Shown here piece by piece: positions 17,401 to 25,158 of a DNA stretch of 46,501 nucleotides; the stretch's first letter is position 1; each line of letters starts with the position of its first letter. Made by a program: the position numbers and the translations under genes. Below the pieces are notes generated by a model, which saw only the letters and a program-made list of their open reading frames with translations, made no database searches and was not told the origin of the DNA. Source of the DNA: Planctomycetia bacterium (GTDB lineage: Bacteria > Planctomycetota > Planctomycetia > Pirellulales > UBA1268); contig RFRL01000003.1 in NCBI GenBank assembly GCA_009924545.1, forward strand, positions 1-46,501. The letters are read 5' to 3'.

Positions 17401-19751
17401 TGGACCTCGCCGGTGAGCGGGTGCTGGTCCTTGGTATCCTCGGGATCAGCGCCGGTGCCAACGCCTGCGGCGACCGGATCCGTGCCGCCGGTGGCATCCC
17501 CATGGTGGCCGGTGCCGGCAGCGTGGCGGAGGCCGTGGCGGCGGTGCAGCAGGCGGAGTCGGCGGGGGCGGTGCGACACCTCGTGCTCGTCACGCCCACG
17601 ACCGCTGAACCGGGCTGGTCGACCGATGGCGCGGCATCCGTGGCGGCGCTCTACGCGGCCTGCCAGCGCTGGATCACCGCGCGGATCGCGGCCGGCGACG
17701 GCGCCCGATCGACCCTCACCGCGACGACCACCCTCGGTGGCGACTTCGGTCTGTCGGGAGACATCGGCTGGGTCGGTGGCGGTGCCATCACCGGACTGTT
17801 CAAGAACTTGGCCCACGAGTTCGCCGAGCTCCGCGTGCGCGTGGTCGACGTTCCCCCGGCGGCAGCACCGGCCGAGCGTGCCGAGTGCGTCGTGGCGGAG
17901 ATCGGTGCGCCCGGGCCGGTGGAGATCGGCTGGCGGCAGGGGCGGCGTCTCGAACCGGTCCCGGTCGCGGGCGGTCCCGTGGCTGGCGCCCGGCTCGCCA
18001 GCCTGCGGCCGGGGAGCGTGTGGCTCGTCACCGGTGGGGCACGCGGCGTCACCGCGGCCTGCGCGCTGGAGCTCGGCCGGCGGCACGGTCTGCACCTGGT
18101 ACTGGTCGGATCGACGCGTCCGGAGCCGGTGGATCCGGCCTGGTTGCAGGCCGACGAGGCGACGGTCCGCGATCTCAAGGGACGGATCATGATCGCCGCC
18201 AAGGGACGCGGCGCCGATCCGCGGCAGGCGTGGCGGGCCGTGGAGAAGTCGATCGAGATCGGGCGGTCGCTGCAGGCGTTTCATGCAGCCGGTGTCCGGG
18301 CCCGCTATGAGCCGTGCGATCTGGGCGATGCGGCGGCGGTGCAGCGCCTCGTCGATGCCGTCATCGCGTCGTCCGGTCCGATTCGCGGCATCGTCCACGG
18401 GGCGGGCTGGGAGTCGGCCTGCCGGTTCGAGAAGAAGACCCTCGAGGGCTTGGCGGCGACGATCGGACCGAAGTGCCTCGGGCTCGAGCACCTCCTTCAC
18501 GCCACCGCCGGGCAACCAGTGGAGGCCCTCGTAGCCTTCGGTTCGACCAGCGGCCGCCTCGGTGGCCACGGCCAGGCCGACTACTCCTTGGCCAACGATC
18601 TCCTCGCCAAACTCGTCGCCCGCGCGCGCCACGGTCGGCGCGGCCTCCGCGCCACCACGTTCCACTGGCATGCCTGGGACGAGGTGGGGATGGCCAGCCG
18701 GCCCGAGAGCCGCTTCGTGCTCGAGCAGTTCGGCCTGAAGTTCATGCCACTGTCCGAAGGGGTGGGGCGGTTCATGGCGGAGATCGAGGCGGGTCTCCCC
18801 GACGCCGAGGTGCTGGTCACCGAGGCGAAGTTCATCGACGGCGCTGCCCCCGGGGCTGATGCCGCCCCTGCCGAGCGCTCCCCCGCTGTCGGAAGCCTGG
18901 TCGCGGATGTCCGTCGCGACGACGTCGACACGGAAGTGATGTTTCGCCTCGATCCCACCACCGATCGGTTCCTCATCGACCACCGTCAGCACGGCCGGCC
19001 CTTGCTGCCTGCGGTGATGGGCCTGGAACTGCTGGCGCAGGCCGTGTCTGCCGTGGGCGGCGCCGATCCAGTGCGAGAGTTCCGGGATTTCATCGTCGCC
19101 AGGCCGATCGCCTTCCCGGGTGACGTGCCCCGTGAGGTGCGCGTCCGGGTCGGCGCTCGACCCGTGGCAACATGGCGGGCGGAGGCCTGGGCCGACGCCA
19201 TCGACACGACCGGATCCGCGTTCGGACAGGGCCGCGTCCATTTCGCCGGGACGCTGTCCACCGGTATTCCCGAGCCGATCGCCGTGAAACTCGACCCGCC
19301 GTCGCTGCCGTTCTTCCCCATGGCCTACCAGGACGATGCGCCCCTCTGGCACGGCCCCTCGATGAGGACGCTCAAAGCCACTTTCCTGGACCGCAGCGGA
19401 GGCTGGGCCAAACTCGTCGTCCCGGCGGCGGACGTCGTGGCCGCCCCACGGGGCGCGGCGGGATGGACCGTGCCGGTCGCCGTCTTGGACGGCTGCATCA
19501 TGGCCTGCGGAACGTATTCCTTCGTGATGTGCGGGTGCCGCGTGGAGATCCCGGTCGGGATCGGCCGGGTGCGGCTGGAGTCAGCGGCCGCCCCCGGTGA
19601 GTCGTGCGTGCTCAGGCTGTTCTTCCGCAGCCAGACGGCCAGCGAGACCGTGTACGACTTCGTCCTGTATTCCGCCGATCACCGGCCCATCCTCGCGGTC
19701 GATGGCCTGCGCCTCGGGGTCATGGGTATCCCGCGGAGCGGTGGTGCATGA
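11457..19751 (+). CDS. Type I PKS / Pfa-Hgl-like lipid synthase, probably iterative: KS - KS*(CLF-like) - AT - ACP - degenerate C45-like - KR - DH
   Basis: KS1: EPLAIVGMSCRLPG, DAACASS, EAHATST, KANIGH. KS2: AIAIVGVGCVLPG but DAGDCSA and ELAGAG. AT: FPGQGSQ, SHSFG, SPFHT. ACP: EQTGYP...DLGIDSI. KR: VTGGARGV, VHGAG, GQADYSLAN. DH: FLIDHRQHGRPLLP, LDG. Probable start is TTG 11457 after a GAGGA RBS; the ORF is open from 11316. Confidence 0.92.
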   Translation: MQEPLAIVGMSCRLPGADGLDAFWRLVESGGTAWGPLPESRLPRDLYFDPHKGRLGRSYSEMGAVVSDRDPDPLTCPLTAEMRQRYDIAHLVFLEVASQACRDAGLDPFAMPGGRRTGVYVGHTGGSTRIGDLVYATGIDENAALLEDVEVARRLLGAEVAAVAAEVATSVRDRYPGRRPGERLDLNALGAARIVQEALRLDGPYLVVDAACASSLQALAIAARALAEGGIDQAIVGGASYCKSDSLVLFSAAQSVSNTGSCPFGRDADGLVTAEGYVALVVKTLSRARADGDRIRAVIRAIGVASDGKGKSLWAPRREGQMLAVERAYPDPADIARIDYIEAHATSTQVGDATELGALAGLLGRHLPAGRRIPIGSVKANIGHTLETAGLASLVKVVLAMEHGVIPPGSTCDELNEEFPWDNGPFIVPRTALPWPHRADGGPRFAAVNAFGIGGLNVHLSLAQSADPPVVPARRPTAPDDSAIAIVGVGCVLPGSLSAAAFGDVLDRGTPVFVEVPAERWSLRRALDRSAARTWRTVAGLGGFVVGFHYDWRRHKVPPKQIAAANPLQFMLLEAADAAIADLGGPARLDRTRTGVVVGTMFGGEFSNDLQMGLRLPETAVHLRTALRRRGLEPGQVDTVSAAFDKKVLEEMPALVDETGSFTSSTLASRLTKSFDLMGGALALDAGDCSALSAIAAAVDMLRQGNCDAVLCAAGQRAMDLMAFEGMSLEGSLASAPRAPFDAAHSGRLPAEGAVVLVLKPLVAARAAGDPVRGVIRGIRIGSGDAVAPVARRVIHEATEEAGVPVSAVGVLELAGAGAAAIDNALVAGVATEYAAGAGARAAGSLDTLIGHCGAAAGAAGILKVSRALSSGILPATPGVAEGTSVAPGIIASPRPWPIPAADEVGYRAGAVTTAHGPLVGHLVMDNGLPVPQSAVRPATPAPAPAQPLVAAPVLTAGVTTRAETAPAIGPAAGVRPLVAAIFPGQGSQYGDMFRGLVAESPVAAEVAAGLDTLASSVGQPTLAETAWRTDHALGLRVWDTQWSMYLGDLFAWRMLERMGFAPDIVASHSFGEFPALAATGAWRPEDGARATRARADAVEQEGPRGGAMLSVIGDVARVRELVAPLAGAVWICAENSPEQLVVGGTVAGVDMVERALEPLRLRSKRLAVPSPFHTPLLAAAADRLAGVLAGLPMAAPRLPIISSTTVEALVDAASIRASLVRQMTERVRWVDVVRQLHARGVRTFVEVGPSGVLTGLVRRILDGLPGVTLVQFDQRGQAAAEQWARLRSQLAAAGALRGGAAAPVVPARDVGAPPSPVLHFDATGRRRARNRAGGQAALVTGTGARPQPVGTPAAAQPAAGPTERPPHGEPVSVVPAVGHVQPGNGMNGHHGYGRNGSHDGGDGSTASPAPATPLLSSGYAAAVGAVPHGNGSGHGPGTGKGHGVNGSGQVAIDATPLAAAARLRTAFGSERPLMQPVGGLEQIVAALLTEHAAWLPLRSAGPAGRDVLDAIEHLFEALPRQRDAVLAAATLDELCRLLAASGGKADWVHSVAAAPPPASAPAETTGSAAAELESFVVGFVVEQTGYPREIVELDADLEGDLGIDSIRKAQLFGEIGQRYGMSADASVSLDDFRTLRHLLDYMLPRVGGGAAPGAAAVPPVAEPAPSPAFLRGRAAGQRHETAIRRWCRDLVAAGHAGGRVSAIDAEHAAFLAGVADAVGIDRSVLEAGMAAPARALGGLDIVVDLSGDDFPGILLGFGRHAEPVVREAAGGATLLAVAGLPDAVAAWNAAGIVALLTSTAGAVAAAALPRLVESCRSLADVDAAGPWPEGVVVISLTDTVLLATDGSGRLQPAPRCRREATPGSAVTRILLAAAPDRPLSALFTDAAGGLPAALSAAATWLAVGGGAGGPRSLAGGPLGAGDLVTAAASLARVLADHPLPHGPVPQDVARQAAPRPVTAGDAGITRRFGLTVRDVAPTGGLDLAGERVLVLGILGISAGANACGDRIRAAGGIPMVAGAGSVAEAVAAVQQAESAGAVRHLVLVTPTTAEPGWSTDGAASVAALYAACQRWITARIAAGDGARSTLTATTTLGGDFGLSGDIGWVGGGAITGLFKNLAHEFAELRVRVVDVPPAAAPAERAECVVAEIGAPGPVEIGWRQGRRLEPVPVAGGPVAGARLASLRPGSVWLVTGGARGVTAACALELGRRHGLHLVLVGSTRPEPVDPAWLQADEATVRDLKGRIMIAAKGRGADPRQAWRAVEKSIEIGRSLQAFHAAGVRARYEPCDLGDAAAVQRLVDAVIASSGPIRGIVHGAGWESACRFEKKTLEGLAATIGPKCLGLEHLLHATAGQPVEALVAFGSTSGRLGGHGQADYSLANDLLAKLVARARHGRRGLRATTFHWHAWDEVGMASRPESRFVLEQFGLKFMPLSEGVGRFMAEIEAGLPDAEVLVTEAKFIDGAAPGADAAPAERSPAVGSLVADVRRDDVDTEVMFRLDPTTDRFLIDHRQHGRPLLPAVMGLELLAQAVSAVGGADPVREFRDFIVARPIAFPGDVPREVRVRVGARPVATWRAEAWADAIDTTGSAFGQGRVHFAGTLSTGIPEPIAVKLDPPSLPFFPMAYQDDAPLWHGPSMRTLKATFLDRSGGWAKLVVPAADVVAAPRGAAGWTVPVAVLDGCIMACGTYSFVMCGCRVEIPVGIGRVRLESAAAPGESCVLRLFFRSQTASETVYDFVLYSADHRPILAVDGLRLGVMGIPRSGGA

Positions 19752-20407
19752 TCCCGTCGATGGTGATCCCGGTTGGTGGCCGAGTCAGTCGGGTGTCCAT
19801 CGATGGATGGATCGCCGACGTGGCGTGTGCCCATCCGGACGCGGGTGTCACCGTTGCGGGAGCCGCGCGGCGGTTGGCGGAGACGCTTGTCGCCGGGTCG
19901 GTCGGCGTCGCGCCCGACGATGTCCGCGTGGCAGCGTTATTGCCGTCGGGCCGGCCCGTCGCGATGTCAGCTGCCGGTCCGATGCCCGTCTCGGTGTCGG
20001 TGTCCCATGAGCGCACGATCGCGGGTGCGGCGGTGTCGTCCGCCGCGCGTGTGGGGATCGACATCGTCGATCCCCTGACCGCGCGTTCTGCGCTCGATGC
20101 CTGGTTCCGGAACGACGAGCGGTCGTCCATGCCGCTGGCCGAGTCTCCCGGCGATGACGTCACCACCGGGTGGCGAGCGTGCCTGTGGAGCGCCAAAGAG
20201 GCCGCCTACAAAGCCGCCTCGCTCGACGTGCCCTTCGCGCCCTTGGCGGTGGTGATCGTGCCAGGGACTGGCGATCGATTCCATTTCACCGTGCAGGGCA
20301 GCCTTCGCGATGTCAGCGGTTCCGGGCGTTGCTTCACCGCGGGACGGCACGTGGTGACGCTGGCGGTCGTGGGGAGTGTGGCGACGGAGGATGGGACATG
20401 TTCGTGA
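19748..20407 (+). CDS. 4'-phosphopantetheinyl transferase (Sfp-type)
   Basis: GRP, VSVSHE, VGIDIV and WSAKEAAYKA motifs; ATGA overlap with the PKS stop codon. Confidence 0.85.
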   Translation: MIPSMVIPVGGRVSRVSIDGWIADVACAHPDAGVTVAGAARRLAETLVAGSVGVAPDDVRVAALLPSGRPVAMSAAGPMPVSVSVSHERTIAGAAVSSAARVGIDIVDPLTARSALDAWFRNDERSSMPLAESPGDDVTTGWRACLWSAKEAAYKAASLDVPFAPLAVVIVPGTGDRFHFTVQGSLRDVSGSGRCFTAGRHVVTLAVVGSVATEDGTCS

Positions 20408-21549
20408 GTGACACCCATCTCCCCCAACTCCTCCCCGTCGCGGCGTACCGCGATGCAGCATGGCATGCGCGGGAGTTGGATGGATTCCTCCGGTCGGCGT
20501 GGCATCTCGTGGCGACGACCGCGGAGTTCCCGCAGGTCGGGAGCTTCAAGACGTGCGACTTGCTGGGCGTGCCGATCGTCCTGCGCCGTCATGCCGACGG
20601 CATCGCGGCGTTCGTCAATGTCTGCGCCCACCGCTTCGCGAGGCTCGCGGTGGATTCCTGCGGTCGCTGTGAGACGCTCCGCTGCGGGTATCACGGCTGG
20701 GAATACGACGAGGTCACCGGGGCGACGCGGCGCATTCCCGACGCGCCGTCGTTTCGACCACTCGAAAAGGGGCAACTCGGCCTCGTGACCGTCGGAGTCG
20801 AGGTGTGTGGCGGACTGGTGTTCGCGTCGCTCGATGGATCGCCGGGGCAGGTCTCCGATCGCTTGGCCGCGTGTGCCGGAGACGTTCCGCGCATCCTGGA
20901 GCAATCCCACTCTTTGGGGACTCGCGAATACCATGTCGATGTGAATTGGAAAGCCGCCGTCGAGAACACGCTCGAGAGTTACCACATCGCCGAGGTTCAT
21001 CCGCGGACCTTCGGCACGTGGCCCGACGAGCGGGAGTGCGCCCATGCCCTCCGGACAGATGGTTCGGTGTTCTCCGGACCCGGTGACAAACGATCCTGGG
21101 TCCGCTCGCTGGAGGGGCATCTGCTGCACCGCTGCGGCAAGGAACGCTCGGGGGCCTACCACCACGTCCATTGGCACCCCACCTTCACGATGGCGTACAC
21201 GGACACGTTCGTCGTGGCACTGAGTTTTCTCCCGGAGTCGGCGGTCCGGACGCGGGTGTTCGTTTGTTGGCTGGCGGCCACCGGACCGCGGAACGACGTG
21301 ATCGCCCACGCCGGCCTCCGGATGTGGGCCGCCCGGCAAGCCGGGTTCTGGCTTCGCGTCATCGCTGAAGACGTGGCGCTGTTGCCGAGGATCCAGAGTG
21401 GTCTCAATTCACCCGTGATGCCCGGCGTCGGCCTCATTTCGCGACGCGAGGAGCGGATCACGCATTTCCAGCGCTGGCTGCTTGACCGCGTCGGGCCGGC
21501 GGTGGGGGCCGGCGCGGTCGCCATCCAATCCCAGGAGTGCCTCTCATGA
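20398..21549 (+). CDS. Rieske non-heme iron oxygenase alpha subunit (copy 1)
   Basis: Rieske ligands CAH...CGYHGWEY; mononuclear Fe motif ENTLESYHIAEVH...ED; GGAGG RBS; overlaps the PPTase stop codon. Confidence 0.9.
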   Translation: MFVSDTHLPQLLPVAAYRDAAWHARELDGFLRSAWHLVATTAEFPQVGSFKTCDLLGVPIVLRRHADGIAAFVNVCAHRFARLAVDSCGRCETLRCGYHGWEYDEVTGATRRIPDAPSFRPLEKGQLGLVTVGVEVCGGLVFASLDGSPGQVSDRLAACAGDVPRILEQSHSLGTREYHVDVNWKAAVENTLESYHIAEVHPRTFGTWPDERECAHALRTDGSVFSGPGDKRSWVRSLEGHLLHRCGKERSGAYHHVHWHPTFTMAYTDTFVVALSFLPESAVRTRVFVCWLAATGPRNDVIAHAGLRMWAARQAGFWLRVIAEDVALLPRIQSGLNSPVMPGVGLISRREERITHFQRWLLDRVGPAVGAGAVAIQSQECLS

Positions 21550-22310
21550 TCGACCTTTCCGGCAAGGTGGCGCTGGTCACCGGATCGAGCCGCGGGATCG
21601 GCCGGGCCTGTGCCCTGCGCCTCGCCGAGGCGGGTGCCGACATCGTGGTGAACTTCGTCACCAGTGGCCGCGAGGCCGACGCGGTGGCCGCCGAGATCGC
21701 CGCGCTCGGGCGGCGCGTGGCCTGCGTCCGCGCCGACGTCAGCCACGAGGAGGACGTTGACGACATGATCGGCTTCGTCCGCGAGTCGTTCGGTCGCCTC
21801 GACGTGCTCGTGCACAACGCCGCCACCGGTGGCTTCCGGCCCCTCGCCGCCACGTCGCAGCGCCATTTCGATGCCGCCATGCACACCAACGTCCTGTCGC
21901 TGGTCCACCTCCTCAAGGCGGCGGGGCCGTTGCTCGAGGTGGGGCCTGGGCGTGGCAAGGTCGTGGTCCTCTCCAGCCACGGAACCCACATGGCCCTGCC
22001 GATGTACGGCCTCATCGGGGGCACGAAGGCGGCCCTTACTTCCCTGGCGCGGCACTGGGCCCTCGAGCTCGGCGACCGGGGCGTGAACGTCAACATCGTG
22101 GAGGCTGGGCTCGTGGAGACCGATTCCACGCGGCGCCTGCCCGGGGCGGCGGAGATGTTCGCCGGGCGGACCACGAAGACGATGGTCGGTCCGCGGCAGC
22201 TCGAGGCCACCGACGTCGCCGATGCCGTGCTGTTCCTCGCCAGCCCCCTGTCGGACCTCGTGCAGGGGCAGACCCTGGTGGTCGACGGCGGCGCCGCGAT
22301 CCACATCTGA
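21546..22310 (+). CDS. FabL-like SDR enoyl-ACP reductase
   Basis: TGSSRGIG, HNAATGGFRP, and Y-x6-K catalytic spacing (YGLIGGTK) as in FabI/FabL-type enoyl reductases rather than YxxxK; GQTLVVDGG; ATGA overlap with the upstream stop. Confidence 0.75.
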   Translation: MIDLSGKVALVTGSSRGIGRACALRLAEAGADIVVNFVTSGREADAVAAEIAALGRRVACVRADVSHEEDVDDMIGFVRESFGRLDVLVHNAATGGFRPLAATSQRHFDAAMHTNVLSLVHLLKAAGPLLEVGPGRGKVVVLSSHGTHMALPMYGLIGGTKAALTSLARHWALELGDRGVNVNIVEAGLVETDSTRRLPGAAEMFAGRTTKTMVGPRQLEATDVADAVLFLASPLSDLVQGQTLVVDGGAAIHI

Positions 22311-22344
22311 ACCGCCGCGGTCACTTCGCGCGAGGATCCTCCCC

Positions 22345-23886
22345 ATGTCCGCCCGCTCCCCCTACCTCCTCCTCACCGGTGCCACCGGGCTCCTCGGCCG
22401 GTCGCTCCTCCGCGATCTGGCCGCCACGGGCCGTCGGGTCGCGGTGCTGGTGCGCGGGTCCCGGACCGCCGGGGCGCCGGCGCGCGTCGACGAGCTGCTC
22501 GCCGACTGGGAGGAGGTCGCGGGCGCTGCGGTCGACTGCCCGGTGGTGCTGGCGGGCGACATCACCATGCCCGGCTTGGGACTCGATCCGGAGGCCACGG
22601 AATGGGTCGCGCGGCACGTCGACGAGGTGGTGCACTCGGCGGCGAGCCTGTCGTTCCAGCGCCGCGAGAGCGACGACGAGCCCTACGCGAGCAACGTGCG
22701 CGGGACGGCGCACCTCCTCGAAGTGTGCCGTGCCGCCGGCATCCGCCGGCTCCACCACGTGAGCAGCGCCTACGTGTGCGGGCTGCGCGAGGGGCGGATC
22801 CTCGAGACCGAGCTCGACGTCGGCCAGACCCCGGGCAACGACTACGAGCGGAGCAAGATCGACTCGGAGAAGGCGGCGGTCACCGCCCCGTTCCTCGACG
22901 TCGTCACCGTGCACCGTCCGAGCATCATCGTCGGCGACCTCGTCACCGGGTTCACCAACACGTTCCACGGGTTCTACAAGCCGCTGCGGATCGTGCAGCC
23001 GTTCGTGGAGGCGTTCGTCCAGGCGCGGCTCGCCCCCGGCAGCCTCCTCGACGTGCTCGGCATGTCGGGCCGCGAGGCGAAGAACCTCGTGCCGGTCGAC
23101 TGGGTGTCGGCGGTGATGACGCGGATCATCGGCGACCCCGGCGCCCACGGCCGCACCTACCACCTCGCTTCCAACCATCCCACCCCGTCGGGCCGCCTCT
23201 GCCGGCTGTTCGAGGAACTCGTGGTGGGGATGGCGACCGAGCGGGCGGCGGGCCGCGGCGCGACGGGCACGCGGACGAGCCCCTTCGACCCCGCCACGCT
23301 CGGTCGGCTGTTCGGCGACCAGATGCACGTCTACCGGGCCTACTGGCGCGACGACCCGCGCTTCGACACCAGCCACACCAGTGCCTTCGCCCCCGACCTC
23401 CCGGCGCCGCAACTCGACGACGAGACGATCCGCCGGCTCTGTCGGTTCGCGATCGGCAACAACTTCCGCTGGCCACCGCCGGGCCGGCCCACCCCGGGGG
23501 CGACCGCGCGCGACCTGCTCACGGCCCGGCTCGGCGTGCCGTCGTGGGCCGACAGCCCCGGTGGTCCGCAGGTCGGTCTCCTGGTGGCCGGTGCGGGAGG
23601 TGGGCAGTGGACGCTGGGCCCCGGGCGCGGCGCCGTGCCGGCGTGGCACGTCGGCCTGCCGCCAGCCGACGCGCCGGTGGTCCGCGTGTCGGCGGCCATG
23701 CTCGGGAGGGCGCTTGCCGCCGGCCTTCCCGTCACGGAGTTACTCGCGACGGCGCTCGTCGAAGCCCCTTCGGCAGCCGATCGGCGCCTGGCGGCCGAAG
23801 TGGTCGGCGCGGTCATGAACGCACCCGCACAGCCGGGCGATGGTCGCCGGCCGCCGGCCACGCGACCGGTCGCGGTCGTGGGGTGA
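22345..23886 (+). CDS. Extended SDR, NAD_binding_4 (thioester reductase / fatty acyl reductase-like) with a C-terminal extension
   Basis: LLTGATGLLG, GDIT.PGLGL, VHSAASL, NVRGT, HVSSAYVCG, YERSK, RPSIIVGD, NLVPVDWV; GAGGA RBS. The C-terminal GAGGGQWTL segment is reminiscent of SCP2-like lipid-binding domains. Confidence 0.85.
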   Translation: MSARSPYLLLTGATGLLGRSLLRDLAATGRRVAVLVRGSRTAGAPARVDELLADWEEVAGAAVDCPVVLAGDITMPGLGLDPEATEWVARHVDEVVHSAASLSFQRRESDDEPYASNVRGTAHLLEVCRAAGIRRLHHVSSAYVCGLREGRILETELDVGQTPGNDYERSKIDSEKAAVTAPFLDVVTVHRPSIIVGDLVTGFTNTFHGFYKPLRIVQPFVEAFVQARLAPGSLLDVLGMSGREAKNLVPVDWVSAVMTRIIGDPGAHGRTYHLASNHPTPSGRLCRLFEELVVGMATERAAGRGATGTRTSPFDPATLGRLFGDQMHVYRAYWRDDPRFDTSHTSAFAPDLPAPQLDDETIRRLCRFAIGNNFRWPPPGRPTPGATARDLLTARLGVPSWADSPGGPQVGLLVAGAGGGQWTLGPGRGAVPAWHVGLPPADAPVVRVSAAMLGRALAAGLPVTELLATALVEAPSAADRRLAAEVVGAVMNAPAQPGDGRRPPATRPVAVVG

Positions 23887-23917
23887 GCGGGCCCGGTCGG
23901 GCGCGAAGGCCGGCCGT

Positions 23918-25039
23918 TCAGCCCGGCTCGGCGGCGGCCGCAGTGGCGCGCTTGAGGTAGGAGTGGAATGCCCAGATCCGCTCCTCACGGGTGCCGATGC
24001 AGCCCCTGAACGGCGTGGCGGCGATGCCGCGTTGCTGCGCCTCGAAGACGCTGGCATCCTCGCGCTGGATGGCGGAGTTGGCTTTCACGCCATGCCGGGC
24101 GACGAGGTGGGCAACGATCCGGGCGAACGGTCCGCGCTTCGTGCCCTCGAGGCTGAACATCCACGCCCATGTCCGCGACGTGGTCGGACCGGTGGGGAGG
24201 TAGACCTGGGCGTAGGTGAACAGGTCGCTGAAGGTGAACACCAGGTTGGGAAAGATGTGATGGTGGACGTACTGGTCGTGGCACGGCGGCCCGCCGAGTT
24301 GGCGTGACACCTGGCGCTGCTTGCGCACCGGCTCGCTTGCCGGGTCGAGGGCGTAGACGAGCGTCGTCGAGCGATCCTCCAGCCAGTGGGCCTGCGCCTC
24401 CTCGGGGATGAGGCCGAAGCCGCCGAGCGTGCTCGGGTGGATGAAGGGGAGGTGGTACGTCTCGACCGTGTTCTCGACGGGGATCTTCCAGTTGCAGGCG
24501 AACTCGCGGTCGTAGGTCCAGTTGCAGTGGTAGGGGGGGGCGAAGGCGGCGGCGATCCTGGGGAGGAACTCGCCGAGGTGTTCCGCGAGGCCCGGTCCTT
24601 CGGGGGCGAGGCGCACGAACACGAGGTCGCCGCAGGTGTCGACGGCGAAGCACTGCAGCCGGGCGTTCTCCCGGTCGAACGGTTTGAAGCAACCGCCGTC
24701 GGGGACCTTCGCCACCTGGCCGGAGGCCGCATACTCCCAGCCGTGGTACTGGCACACGAGGCGCGGGTCGTGCCCCTGCGGCTGGTGGGTGAGCTGGCAG
24801 TGGCGGTGGGAGCAAACGTTGAGGTAGGCGTGAAGGCGCCCTTCGTGGCGGCGGACGAGGACCGGTCGGCCGCACAGGTCGAACGTGCGGTAGTCGCCGT
24901 CCGCCCGGAAATCGCTGCTCAGCGCGACGGGATGCCACGCGGCGAGGAACAGGCGATCCACTTCGGCGCGGGCGGTTTCCGCGGAGAGGTAATCGGCGGC
25001 GTCGAGCTGGTAGGCGAGCTGTTCCTTGTGGACGAACAT
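23918..25039 (-). CDS. Rieske non-heme iron oxygenase alpha subunit (copy 2)
   Basis: CSH...CQYHGWEY, NWKIPVENTVETYHLPFIH, REDA, REERIWAFH; collinear with copy 1. Confidence 0.9.
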   Translation of the reverse strand: MFVHKEQLAYQLDAADYLSAETARAEVDRLFLAAWHPVALSSDFRADGDYRTFDLCGRPVLVRRHEGRLHAYLNVCSHRHCQLTHQPQGHDPRLVCQYHGWEYAASGQVAKVPDGGCFKPFDRENARLQCFAVDTCGDLVFVRLAPEGPGLAEHLGEFLPRIAAAFAPPYHCNWTYDREFACNWKIPVENTVETYHLPFIHPSTLGGFGLIPEEAQAHWLEDRSTTLVYALDPASEPVRKQRQVSRQLGGPPCHDQYVHHHIFPNLVFTFSDLFTYAQVYLPTGPTTSRTWAWMFSLEGTKRGPFARIVAHLVARHGVKANSAIQREDASVFEAQQRGIAATPFRGCIGTREERIWAFHSYLKRATAAAAEPG

Positions 25040-25122
25040 GGGGGCCGACCCTACTTGCCGCGGAAAAACCAGTCAAACCGGACTCCCGCGTTCGGCCCTC
25101 CGGCCGGTGGGCGCAGCCCAAC

Positions 25123-25151
25123 TTGAGCGCCGCCCGACCGTTTTCTACATT
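25123..25151 (+). promoter_or_regulatory. Putative sigma70 promoter of the tRNA gene
   Basis: TTGAGC (25123-25128), 17-nt spacer, TACATT (25146-25151), ending 7 nt before the tRNA 5' end. Confidence 0.6.
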
Positions 25152-25158
25152 TGTCCCC

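Noticed and set aside
11457-19751. Canonical EPA/DHA pfa cluster, enediyne PKS or ladderane locus
   Set aside because: No PfaD, no FabA-like DH pair, no tandem ACPs. The domain order and lack of a thioesterase differ from enediyne PksE. No radical-SAM genes are present.
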